Positions 28,422-36,739 of a DNA stretch of 64,000 bases are shown piece after piece. Position numbers and translations under genes: made by a program. How positions within the stretch are numbered: position 1 is the first letter of the stretch; each line of letters begins with the position of its first letter. The stretch covers positions 9,495 through 73,494 of the forward strand of contig JAEHGX010000004.1 of NCBI GenBank assembly GCA_019248265.1, in the 5' to 3' direction. The stretch comes from Candidatus Falkowbacteria bacterium S5_I03. Lineage in GTDB: Bacteria > Patescibacteriota > Patescibacteriia > Patescibacteriales > UBA12465. The notes below the pieces were generated by a model. That model ran no database searches, was not told the origin of the DNA, and saw only the letters and a program-made list of their open reading frames with translations.

Positions 28422-29117
28422 TTAACGCATCATTTGATTGATAATTTTAGCCACCTCCGCTTTATTGGCGTCGGCGGTTATAATTATGGAAGTAACTTTG
28501 GGATAAATTTTCCCATTGTTTTCTTTGCGCCTAACAGACTGGACACAATACGTGCCCCCGATAACTTGAATAGTCGCTTCACTAATCGGGCAGAATTTGC
28601 CGCGGGGATGCTTGCCAAAGACTTGGCGCCGCAATTCCGCGATGTTTCCGTCAGTAGCATAGGAATAGCAATAATCACCAGCACGTGAATGCTCGCACAG
28701 ATTACCGCCCTCATAAACTTTAACATCGATTTCAGCGACTGTCTGTAAAAAATTTGAAGGTAGTTCGTGAGACCATAGAGAAATCAAAATCGGATCGCTA
28801 ACATTTTTTAATAAATGCCAAACGCCGCGATGCGCACTGCCGTAAGAAGTAGCCCATAAACCTTTTCCGGGTTTCAAAATAAAACCTTTCTGGCGGCTTC
28901 TTTTTAAATTCCGGATTTTTTGAACGTTCTCATTAGGGCCGAGAGTGATCAGCGCGATAAACGGTTGGCGACTCCACCAAATTTTTTTGGCAAAGTAGCT
29001 GATAAAATCACCGATGCCAAAAATAGTATTTGGCTCTATCCGCTGATAAACATCCCCATTTTCTTTTCGCAACACGAAGGCTTCGCCTTCGTAGCTGCCA
29101 TGTAACAGGACTCGCAT
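28422..29117 (-). CDS. hypothetical protein (231 aa, Cys/His-containing, no recognised family)
   Basis: Long ORF with its own terminator-like hairpin at about 28356-28394. Adjacent to a lipoprotein gene (2-nt gap). Confidence 0.55.
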   Translation of the reverse strand: MRVLLHGSYEGEAFVLRKENGDVYQRIEPNTIFGIGDFISYFAKKIWWSRQPFIALITLGPNENVQKIRNLKRSRQKGFILKPGKGLWATSYGSAHRGVWHLLKNVSDPILISLWSHELPSNFLQTVAEIDVKVYEGGNLCEHSRAGDYCYSYATDGNIAELRRQVFGKHPRGKFCPISEATIQVIGGTYCVQSVRRKENNGKIYPKVTSIIITADANKAEVAKIINQMMR

Positions 29118-29119
29118 GA

Positions 29120-29449
29120 CTAATACTTTTTAATGATGACAGCGCGATTATAGGTAGCTCCGGAAAGCAGGCGCTGATAAGGCGTGTTGGTTTTAGTCCA
29201 AATAAAAACTTTCTTTAAGCGCTGCTGCGATTCCCTTTTGGTAACAATTCGGCGCTCTTCTTGGCGATAATTATCGGAATAATTGAACCAGTAATATTCC
29301 ACGATACACGTATCGCGGAGTGAGAGGTTAAGGCGGTTTTCTAAACGTGGAATAGTGTCATTGCTGTCCACTAATTTTACGTCAACTTGTCCGGAGGAGC
29401 AGCTTAATAAGCTCCCCGCTAATAAAAGCAGAAATACAAGAATTTTCAT
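29120..29449 (-). CDS. putative lipoprotein (109 aa)
   Basis: MKILVFLLLLAGSLLSCSS: signal peptide with a lipobox-like L-L-S-C. Confidence 0.6.
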   Translation of the reverse strand: MKILVFLLLLAGSLLSCSSGQVDVKLVDSNDTIPRLENRLNLSLRDTCIVEYYWFNYSDNYRQEERRIVTKRESQQRLKKVFIWTKTNTPYQRLLSGATYNRAVIIKKY

Positions 29450-29557
29450 TGCTAAAGATTTATCGGTAAATGTTTAAATTATTAAAGGTCTAATAGCCAA
29501 AAATTATCATAAAGATATAATTATGTCAATACTAGCTCAATTATGACTATTGCGCGC

Positions 29558-29585
29558 TTGCAAATAATTTAATATTTGCTAAAAT
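29558..29585 (+). promoter_or_regulatory. sigma70-type promoter with an extended -10
   Basis: TTGCAA (29558-29563), 16-nt spacer, TGcTAAAAT (-10 at 29580-29585). Confidence 0.5.
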
Positions 29586-29591
29586 AGCTTT

Positions 29592-29672
29592 ATGTTTAAT
29601 TTATCGCTGAACAACTACTACAATAATCAATTTAATTTCTGGAGCAATCTCCGGCAAATTTTTATTGATTAA
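29592..29672 (+). CDS. candidate leaderless 26-codon ORF (leader peptide or micropeptide)
   Basis: MFNLSLNNYYNNQFNFWSNLRQIFID. The ATG lies 7 nt after the -10 element. Codon run: AAC AAC TAC TAC AAT AAT. Confidence 0.3.
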   Translation: MFNLSLNNYYNNQFNFWSNLRQIFID

Positions 29673-29718
29673 ACCTGTTGAATAAACATCCCAAAAATAA
29701 AAAAAATCAATAAATAAC

Positions 29719-29757
29719 GACCGGATTCACTACCAGAATCCGGTCTTTATTTGTTTT
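29719..29757 (+). terminator. strong intrinsic terminator closing a ~160-nt stand-alone transcript
   Basis: GACCGGATTC-actacca-GAATCCGGTC (10 bp) followed by TTTATTTGTTTT. Confidence 0.7.
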
Positions 29758-29807
29758 AATAGAACTTTAATAATTAAATATTTGTTTCACTCTTAAAATT
29801 AAGATTT

Positions 29808-30533
29808 ATGAAAAGTAAAAATCAAAACTCCGGAAGAAAAGTAAAGTTTGTAAGTTCCAACAACATTATGGAATTAGACGACTTCCATGCCGTCAAGGCT
29901 AATGAACTGGTGGCAAAGTTGCGAACCAATGTTAAGGAAAGTATTTTTGTGGAAATTGATTGCGCGCCCAATGGCAGTTTGAATGCTTTCAACTATGGTA
30001 ACGGGCTAAACTCGGTAAAAATTATCAAAGAAATCGGTCTGCCTTTACTGCGCAATGAACTCGCCGAATGGGAAAGAAAAATTAAAGCCGCATCCAATTC
30101 CTCCTTTCAAACCGATTTTGCTTTAGGGGAAATTGCCGGCCTCTGGAAAAGAATAAGCATGGCTAATTATTCAGAAATGCTTGATTGGAACCAGCCATTT
30201 TGCCTTAAAAACGAAAAAGGATTAACAAGGATCTGGCATCCCGAATGGCGGCTCTTAGGATTTAAAAACGGCTTCTCTACCCGCAGTGCGATAATGAAAT
30301 TCATTGCCGCCGGAAATGTTTACTGGCAAAAATTTTACATGCCCCTTTCCACACCAGAATGCGGTTTAAATTGGCGCATGTATTATCGCTTGGTGTTTTT
30401 TTCTCCGGCCGACAGTTTCGATTTGGAACTGATGGGCGGATTATGGATTAGTCGTCCGGGATATAAAATTTATCCCGAAGAAAACGCTTTAGTCGGCTTG
30501 GTGTCGCCCCTAACAACGGCGGAATTTATTTAG
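29808..30533 (+). CDS. hypothetical protein (241 aa, Trp-rich, no recognised family)
   Basis: Long ORF followed by the terminator at 30570-30603. Confidence 0.55.
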   Translation: MKSKNQNSGRKVKFVSSNNIMELDDFHAVKANELVAKLRTNVKESIFVEIDCAPNGSLNAFNYGNGLNSVKIIKEIGLPLLRNELAEWERKIKAASNSSFQTDFALGEIAGLWKRISMANYSEMLDWNQPFCLKNEKGLTRIWHPEWRLLGFKNGFSTRSAIMKFIAAGNVYWQKFYMPLSTPECGLNWRMYYRLVFFSPADSFDLELMGGLWISRPGYKIYPEENALVGLVSPLTTAEFI

Positions 30534-30569
30534 GAGTGAAATCGCTCTTTACTAAAGAACCTAAAAACA

Positions 30570-30603
30570 AAAAAGACGGGAAACAAAATCCCGTCTTTTT
30601 CAT
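30570..30603. terminator. bidirectional intrinsic terminator
   Basis: AAAAA-AGACGGG-aaacaaaat-CCCGTCT-TTTTT. Confidence 0.7.
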
Positions 30604-30622
30604 TTATCTCCAACTTTTAATT

Positions 30623-32074
30623 TTAAAATTTTCCTAAATCTAACTCATCGGTGAATTTAATCTGAGCAACAAATTCGGGCATATGGCTAACCATCATAAT
30701 TGTTCCCGGAAATTTGTTAATTGCTTCGGCTAACACCGGCAAATGGCGGAAATTAATATGATTGGTCGGTTCATCTAAAATCAACAAGCTGGGCTGCATC
30801 AAAGTTAATCTCGCAAATGCCAATAAACCTTTCTGACCCTCGGAAAGAGCGCCTATTTTTTGACCCATCAATTCACCGGTAATTAAAAATCCGGCAGCGG
30901 TAGCACGCATTTCCTGTTCGCCCAAGCCATCAGCCAAACAACCCATCAAGGAATCAAAAACTGTTTGTTCAAAGTCTAAATTAGAAAAATCCTGGCTATA
31001 ATAACCGACCTTAGCTCCAGGGAGAATCGTCTGTCCTTCCTGCTTGCCGGAAACCAGCGAACGCAAGAGCGTACTTTTGCCAATCCCGTTAGGCCCGGTA
31101 ACAAGTAAGCGGTCTTTCTTTCTCAAAGAAAAATTAATTTCCTTGGTGGCCGGTTCATGATTTTTAATGATTTTTATCTTTTTTAAACTGACAATTTCAC
31201 CGGTAATATCTTGCATCGGTATTTCAAAATTGCGGATAGTTTTGTCTTCACGGCGGACATCAACTTTGTTTTCTTCAAGCTCTTCAGTTTCCTCTTTCAT
31301 CTTCGCCGCTAACTTACGCATCTTGCCGCCCTTATGGGCAAAGAAGTTAACTTTTTCCTTGCGATCTTTAATCTGTTTTTCCATTTGCGCATTTTGGCGC
31401 TGCTCCCTTTCCACCCGGCGGGAAATTTCTTCCACCACCGAATAATAATCACCGACGTACATTTCCGTCTTATGAGTGAAGCTATCCAAATAAATAACTC
31501 CTTCGGTAAAACAATTCAAGAAGTCGGCATCATGCGAAATTACCAAAACAGTTTTATCATAAGTCAATAAGAAACCGATTAAATGATCGATCCCGTCTTT
31601 ATCTAAATTATTAGTCGGCTCGTCAAGCAACAAAATATCCGGATTTTCTACCAAGGAATAAGCGAGCAGAATTCGCGCTTGTTGGCCGCCGGAAAGATCG
31701 CCGACTTTTCTATCAAGCGGAATAGAAAAATTAACCGCGTCCAAAGCCTTGGCAATCAGACTTTTGATATTTCCCGGAACTTCGTGAAAACTTTTAGAAA
31801 AATATTGTTCCACGTTTAAATCTAAATCTTCACGAGCGATTGTTTGTCGCGCGGTGCCGATAGTTGCTCCCGAAGACACAGAGATAGTTCCTTTTTGCGG
31901 GCTCAACTCTTTTTTAATTAAACCAAAAATTGTGCTCTTACCGGCACCATTCTGGCCCATTAAAGTTATTTTTGCCCCCTTGCGCACACTGAAAGAAGCC
32001 TCGTCTAGAACGGGCTTCTTATGGATATATTCAAATTTAACGTCATCAAATCTCAAGACTACTTCTTCGGCCAT
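30623..32074 (-). CDS. ABC-F family ATPase (two ABC domains, no TM domain)
   Basis: GQNGAGKST / LSGGQQARILLA and GPNGIGKSTLL / LSEGQKGLLAFA, with a charged inter-domain linker. The start is taken at MAEEVV (the track ORF extends to 32101). Confidence 0.85.
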   Translation of the reverse strand: MAEEVVLRFDDVKFEYIHKKPVLDEASFSVRKGAKITLMGQNGAGKSTIFGLIKKELSPQKGTISVSSGATIGTARQTIAREDLDLNVEQYFSKSFHEVPGNIKSLIAKALDAVNFSIPLDRKVGDLSGGQQARILLAYSLVENPDILLLDEPTNNLDKDGIDHLIGFLLTYDKTVLVISHDADFLNCFTEGVIYLDSFTHKTEMYVGDYYSVVEEISRRVEREQRQNAQMEKQIKDRKEKVNFFAHKGGKMRKLAAKMKEETEELEENKVDVRREDKTIRNFEIPMQDITGEIVSLKKIKIIKNHEPATKEINFSLRKKDRLLVTGPNGIGKSTLLRSLVSGKQEGQTILPGAKVGYYSQDFSNLDFEQTVFDSLMGCLADGLGEQEMRATAAGFLITGELMGQKIGALSEGQKGLLAFARLTLMQPSLLILDEPTNHINFRHLPVLAEAINKFPGTIMMVSHMPEFVAQIKFTDELDLGKF

Positions 32075-32078
32075 ACGC

Positions 32079-32666
32079 TTATTTCTTTTTTTTCTTAGCA
32101 ACCGGCTTAGCTTTAGCGGCTACTGATTTTTTAATAATCTTTTTAGCTTCCTTTTTTATTTCTTTAACAATCGGATTAACTTTAATTTCTATTTTCTTCG
32201 CCGCCTCTTTTAATGTCTCACTAATCTGAGCTGCTTTTGGAGCGAAATTTGTCGGCGCAGAACTTAAGGCGCGTAAAATTTTATCGAGCTTGGCATTTAA
32301 AGTTTCAAACTGTTCATTAGAAAAGTTGTTGTTAACAACTGGTTTGCTAAACTCGTGTTTTTCTGGACGGCCATCAAAACGGCTTTCGGCACGATGTTCA
32401 TGTCTATCATCGCGTCTAGGAGCGCCTTCGTCTCTATTCTTAAAACAATTGCTGCAATAAACCGGTCTTTCGCCAGTCGGCTTAAATGGCACTTCGCAAC
32501 TTTGGCCACATTCGGCGCAAGTAGCTTGATGCATGGCTGGACGATCAAAACCGCCGCCACTACCACCACGGTTAAAACCACCGCCACGGCTACCGGAATC
32601 TCGGCGTTCAAAACCGCCGCCGCCTCTTTTATCTCTAAAACCTCCCCCACGATTAAAATCTTTCAT
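32079..32666 (-). CDS. RGG-rich CxxC-x17-CxxC zinc-ribbon protein with a Lys-rich tail
   Basis: N-terminal RGGGF repeats, CAECGQSCEVPFKPTGERPVYCSNCF, and tail ..AAKAKPVAKKKKK. Confidence 0.75.
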   Translation of the reverse strand: MKDFNRGGGFRDKRGGGGFERRDSGSRGGGFNRGGSGGGFDRPAMHQATCAECGQSCEVPFKPTGERPVYCSNCFKNRDEGAPRRDDRHEHRAESRFDGRPEKHEFSKPVVNNNFSNEQFETLNAKLDKILRALSSAPTNFAPKAAQISETLKEAAKKIEIKVNPIVKEIKKEAKKIIKKSVAAKAKPVAKKKKK

Positions 32667-32729
32667 AATAATTTTATAGTTTAATAATATCTAATTTTTT
32701 AATATTTCAATTTAAAACTTATCGGCTTC

Positions 32730-32765
32730 CAAAGAAAACCCCGCCGCAATAGAATCGGGCGGGGC
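32730..32765 (-). terminator. intrinsic terminator after the csp gene
   Basis: CCCCGCC / GGCGGGG stem with TTTTCTTT on the minus strand. Confidence 0.65.
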
Positions 32766-32788
32766 CCTCTTTAATTCAGGAGTTGGTA

Positions 32789-32986
32789 TTAAGCGCGTTG
32801 AACATTAACGGCATTCATACCCTTAGGGGACATTTCTGTTTCGAAAGAAACAGTGTCGCCCTCACGTAATTCACTGAATTGAACACCAACTAAAGCATTG
32901 CTGTGGAAGAATAAATCCTTCTCTTGGCCTTCAGCGGTGATGAAACCAAAACCCTTATCGGTTAAAGTTTTAATAGTACCAGTCAT
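32789..32986 (-). CDS. cold-shock protein (CspA family)
   Basis: GTIKTLTDKGFGFITAEG..DLFFHSNAL. Confidence 0.95.
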   Translation of the reverse strand: MTGTIKTLTDKGFGFITAEGQEKDLFFHSNALVGVQFSELREGDTVSFETEMSPKGMNAVNVQRA

Positions 32987-33107
32987 AATTTAAGACTTAG
33001 TTTATAAGATTGCAATTTAATAAAGAGTTTAAAAATCGACCACTTTTTTGACACACGATATCGTTGCCCCCTTAGTTTGACATATAAAAATAAAAATGTC
33101 AATGATT

Positions 33108-33147
33108 TAAAAAAACCGTCAACTGAAAGCTGACGGTTCTAAAAAAA
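33108..33147 (-). terminator. intrinsic terminator after the 33157-33888 gene
   Basis: AACCGTCA-loop-TGACGGTT, flanked by A/T runs. Confidence 0.65.
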
Positions 33148-33156
33148 CAAAATTTT

Positions 33157-33888
33157 CTATTTATAAATCGCGTAGTTTTTTAAATCTTTAGACGATTTAT
33201 TGACTAAATCATAGGAGAATCTCTTATGATACTTAACTTCCGGAAATAAAATCATTTTGGTCATAATATTAGCTCCCGGATCAACTAAAAGATTAACCGC
33301 CAAATCATCAGGACGATAAAGAGCAAACGCTCTAGTATCTTCCACGGTCCAACTTTTTGGCATCAGATTCCAAACTAATTCCCCGGTCTGAGCAATAAAC
33401 CAAGATTCTTTAACAAAGTTGCTTTGTAAATCGCGATGCCTATTTTTTACCGCTTTCCTGGTTAAGCTAACCCAAAGCATAATAAATTGGTCGCGCTCTA
33501 AATCCTTAAGACTATCGCCAAACAAACAGACTGCCACTCCCTCAGCTAAATGGGCTACACGTTGGGCGGCTTTCTTTTCAGTTAGGGTGAGCGGGTATTC
33601 ATGGTTAGTTTTTTTCCGCCAGTCATCAAGTTCTTCACAAAGGAAAAATCCTTCTGGCTGAGTAATTGTCGGCTCGCTGTCCATAAATTTTTGGAAAGTA
33701 ACGGTTCTCACCGGATTCTTTTCCAAAAAATTAGTCCCCAAACTAAGAGCCTTGGCTCTAATGTTCAAACAGTCTTTTCCATTAACCTGAGTAATCTTCA
33801 AATAATCATACTTATTCTGACTATCTTGAGCAGATACTCCAAGAACAAAAAGAATTAATACTCCGAAAACAAACAGATTTTTTTTCAT
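33157..33888 (-). CDS. secreted hypothetical protein (243 aa)
   Basis: Signal peptide MKKNLFVFGVLILFVLGVSAQ. Overlaps the upstream gene by 4 nt. Confidence 0.55.
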   Translation of the reverse strand: MKKNLFVFGVLILFVLGVSAQDSQNKYDYLKITQVNGKDCLNIRAKALSLGTNFLEKNPVRTVTFQKFMDSEPTITQPEGFFLCEELDDWRKKTNHEYPLTLTEKKAAQRVAHLAEGVAVCLFGDSLKDLERDQFIMLWVSLTRKAVKNRHRDLQSNFVKESWFIAQTGELVWNLMPKSWTVEDTRAFALYRPDDLAVNLLVDPGANIMTKMILFPEVKYHKRFSYDLVNKSSKDLKNYAIYK

Positions 33889-34745
33889 GCTGAATTCTTT
33901 TTAGCGCGCGGTGATTCTTTAAGAGAAATTGTACACTGCAATTTTTCAGAAATTGCTTTGATATTAACCCCATCTTTACCAATAACGAGGCCCCGAAATT
34001 TTTCCGGAACCTTGATATAGACAATCGAGTGGTCCTGAGTGCGGCTCGTATTTAACAATACAAGCTGGTAGGTAGAGCTCAAATTTTGGCGGCTGTCGCG
34101 AGAATAATAAAGCAAGCGCCGACCAAGTTCTAAAAAATGCGAGGGGATGTCTTCCATTTCAAAACCGGTTTCTCCGCCGACATCCATGACGGCACTAATG
34201 CCGAAATCAAGAGATTTCTGAAAAAATAAATCCTTGAAACACTCTTGAAGCCGGCGCTTCCATTCGCTATGGGCGACTTCGATGGTTTCCTTTGCTTCCT
34301 GGGTTTCCTTCTCAGAAACTATTTGGCCGGTATATTCTTCGCCGGTTTCCACAATAAAACGATCATGGAAATAAAGTTTCTTTTCCAAGCCGAGAGCTTC
34401 TTTTTGGCGACCGCGTAAAGCCCCAACAATTAGGAGCGGCGCGCGAAACTCAACAGTTTCCGGATTAGGTTTCCTAACAACATAATGGTTATGGCATTCA
34501 AAGGCGGAATTGCCTTGATGCTCTACTTCATAACCATATTCTTGTAGAACGGAGGCGAGTCCGCCTTTATCAGCGGTAATTAGCGGCCAGGCGACTATCG
34601 CCGGTTCTACCTGGAATTTCTCTTTGAGGTATCCAAGCACCGGCTTGCCAACCGGTAAGACTTGCCAGGGGCCATCGGTGTTTAAACACTGGAGCTGTAT
34701 CCAATACAGTTTTCCAGCTACTTCGGTTACGGTTTTGCTTTCCAT
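33885..34745 (-). CDS. hypothetical protein with a C-terminal KH domain
   Basis: ..IYIKVPEKFRGLVIGKDGVNIKAISEKL (GxxG loop GKDG). The N-terminal ~220 aa are unrecognised. Confidence 0.6.
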   Translation of the reverse strand: MESKTVTEVAGKLYWIQLQCLNTDGPWQVLPVGKPVLGYLKEKFQVEPAIVAWPLITADKGGLASVLQEYGYEVEHQGNSAFECHNHYVVRKPNPETVEFRAPLLIVGALRGRQKEALGLEKKLYFHDRFIVETGEEYTGQIVSEKETQEAKETIEVAHSEWKRRLQECFKDLFFQKSLDFGISAVMDVGGETGFEMEDIPSHFLELGRRLLYYSRDSRQNLSSTYQLVLLNTSRTQDHSIVYIKVPEKFRGLVIGKDGVNIKAISEKLQCTISLKESPRAKKNSA

Positions 34746-34866
34746 TTTTCTCCATTTTTAATGATTTTGGTTATTATTTATTATTTTTAAAGTTCTTAAT
34801 TCACAATTAACTAAACTACTATAAAATTTGTGGTTAGTCAAATAAAAATAGGCAATTAAACAAAGC

Positions 34867-35121
34867 CTATTTTAAATAACCCTCTTTTTTTAAAATCTTA
34901 ACTTTTTCACCAGCCAGACCATTATACCCGCCTGTCTTCCCGTCTGAACGAATAACCCGATGGCAAGGTATTTGAGGATTATTATTTTTATTAAGAATAT
35001 TTCCGACGGCGCGATAAGCATTCGGTCTACCGGCTAAAGCGGCGACTTGTTTATAGCTTAAAACTTGACCAGCTGGAATCTGGCTTACTATTTGATAAAC
35101 TCGGACGCTGAAATTAGTCAT
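34867..35121 (-). CDS. MGMT family protein (methylated-DNA-protein-cysteine methyltransferase, DNA-binding/active-site domain only)
   Basis: IPCHRVIRSDG; 84 aa. Confidence 0.8.
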   Translation of the reverse strand: MTNFSVRVYQIVSQIPAGQVLSYKQVAALAGRPNAYRAVGNILNKNNNPQIPCHRVIRSDGKTGGYNGLAGEKVKILKKEGYLK

Positions 35122-35151
35122 ATAATTATTATTGCTACATTATAACTCTGT

Positions 35152-35180
35152 TTGACAAAAAACCAAAAAAATCATAATAT
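35152..35180 (+). promoter_or_regulatory. sigma70-type promoter for the PNP gene
   Basis: TTGACA (35152-35157), 17-nt spacer, TAATAT (35175-35180). Confidence 0.5.
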
Positions 35181-35232
35181 TGGGGGAAACAAAAAAGTAC
35201 ATTTACAAGTTTAAACCTAAAAAATAGAAATC

Positions 35233-36117
35233 ATGAACAAAAAAAGAATGAAAGCGGCTTGGGCTGTTGTAAATTTTATTAACAACGTCCGCAAGATTGA
35301 AGAGTTGCCAATTGGTATTATACTAGGCACTGGCTGGGGCGACACTCTAGAATTTGAAGAGAAAATTGAAATCCCTTTTACGGATATTCCTGGATTCAAA
35401 AATCTGCCGACTGTCGTTGAGGGTCATAAAAGGACTTTAATTATTGGCAAAATTGCCGGCAAGCAAGTTCTTGCTTTAAACGGACGTCTCCATCTCTACG
35501 AAAAACCATTCAGCAAAAGTTGGTTAAAAATGGTTCGCTTGCAAACCGAAATGTTAATTCAATTGGGAGTTAAAGAATTAATTATTACTAGTGCTGTGGG
35601 AACCTTAAAATGCTTACCGGAAAAATTCTCTCAATTAGCTGATGAATTTTGGAAAGCTGGCGGGACATTTCCTTTCCCCAATCCCGAACTTCAAGTTGGC
35701 GACATCGCTGTAATTGATGGCTTCGTAAGCGTTTTCGCGCCAGTAATGTCTTTATGGGGTGACGAATTTTGTTCGGCTGACGATGCTATCAGTAAAGACT
35801 TGATTGATCTTGCTCTTAAATCCCAGGGTGATTTAGTTATCGCTAAAAAAACTGGACACGTCATGTTGCGCGGCCCTCAATTTGAGGGCAACAAATATGA
35901 TAAGGAAATTTTAAGCCGAACTGGTGCTGGCGTTGCCGGCATGAGCATGCTCCCGGAGGCATATATTGCCTCCCTATACGGAGCAGAGATACTGGGTCTG
36001 GGGTTTGTAACTAACGACTACAAGGAGAAGCACTCGCATGAAGAAAATTTAGCTCGCGCTAAAGAAGCTTCCGCTCATTTGGGCGAATACTTAAAAAGTA
36101 TAATTTCTCAAATGTAA
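35233..36117 (+). CDS. purine nucleoside / methylthioadenosine phosphorylase family protein
   Basis: ILGTGWGD.., EGHKRTLIIGKIAGKQVLALNGRLHLYE, ..VAGMSMLPEA. Trimeric PNP/MTAP-like pattern. Confidence 0.7.
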   Translation: MNKKRMKAAWAVVNFINNVRKIEELPIGIILGTGWGDTLEFEEKIEIPFTDIPGFKNLPTVVEGHKRTLIIGKIAGKQVLALNGRLHLYEKPFSKSWLKMVRLQTEMLIQLGVKELIITSAVGTLKCLPEKFSQLADEFWKAGGTFPFPNPELQVGDIAVIDGFVSVFAPVMSLWGDEFCSADDAISKDLIDLALKSQGDLVIAKKTGHVMLRGPQFEGNKYDKEILSRTGAGVAGMSMLPEAYIASLYGAEILGLGFVTNDYKEKHSHEENLARAKEASAHLGEYLKSIISQM

Positions 36118-36135
36118 AAACAAAACGTACATTTC

Positions 36136-36169
36136 AAAAAATCGTCTCCAAACAGGAGGCGATTTTTTA
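36136..36169. terminator. bidirectional intrinsic terminator
   Basis: AAAAA-ATCGTCTCC-aaaca-GGAGGCGAT-TTTTT (9-bp stem). Confidence 0.7.
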
Positions 36170-36179
36170 TTTTCTTTAA

Positions 36180-36734
36180 TTAGATATATTGACTAATTAT
36201 TTTATCAAAATCTTGAGTATAATTATGACCCGCTTCGGCAGCTTCAATGACTTTTATTCCCCGCGCCTTTAAGCTTTCGCCAATCGCCTTGTCATAAAGA
36301 TGGTGGTCGTGGGCGCCGTAGATAATTGTTAAATTTTCAGGAGATAACCCCTTTAAAATATCGACTGCAGGAATTTTTAAAATTTTATTCAAATTAAATA
36401 AAGCGGGGATGATAGCTAAAATGGGTAACGCTTTTTTAAATGGGGCCGGGAGTCCTTCCTGAAAACAATATCGTAACCAGTGCCAAAATAATTTTTGATT
36501 GGATAAAACCGGATTAATTAAAATGATTTTAAAATTACGATGTAAATGCCAATTATAAAGTGCAACCATCGCTCCCAAGCTATGAGCAATAACCGTCTCT
36601 ACTTGAAAATCCTTATTAATATCAGTTCTTGACCGCCAAATATCTAAATAATTAACATAGCCAAGTCGACGACCGCTATCCAGCCAGCCGGGAATAAATA
36701 AAATTTTATTACTTTCTTTAAAATTTTCCATCAA
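36180..36734 (-). CDS. alpha/beta hydrolase (184 aa)
   Basis: Nucleophile elbow IAHSLGAMVA. Confidence 0.65.
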   Translation of the reverse strand: MMENFKESNKILFIPGWLDSGRRLGYVNYLDIWRSRTDINKDFQVETVIAHSLGAMVALYNWHLHRNFKIILINPVLSNQKLFWHWLRYCFQEGLPAPFKKALPILAIIPALFNLNKILKIPAVDILKGLSPENLTIIYGAHDHHLYDKAIGESLKARGIKVIEAAEAGHNYTQDFDKIISQYI

Positions 36735-36739
36735 TCAAT

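Noticed and set aside
32297-32684. ORFs 32297-32650 (minus) and 32355-32684 (plus) overlapping the RGG zinc-ribbon gene.
   Set aside because: The GGN/CCN-rich repeat region keeps other frames open. The CxxC-x17-CxxC frame is the one with a recognisable fold signature.
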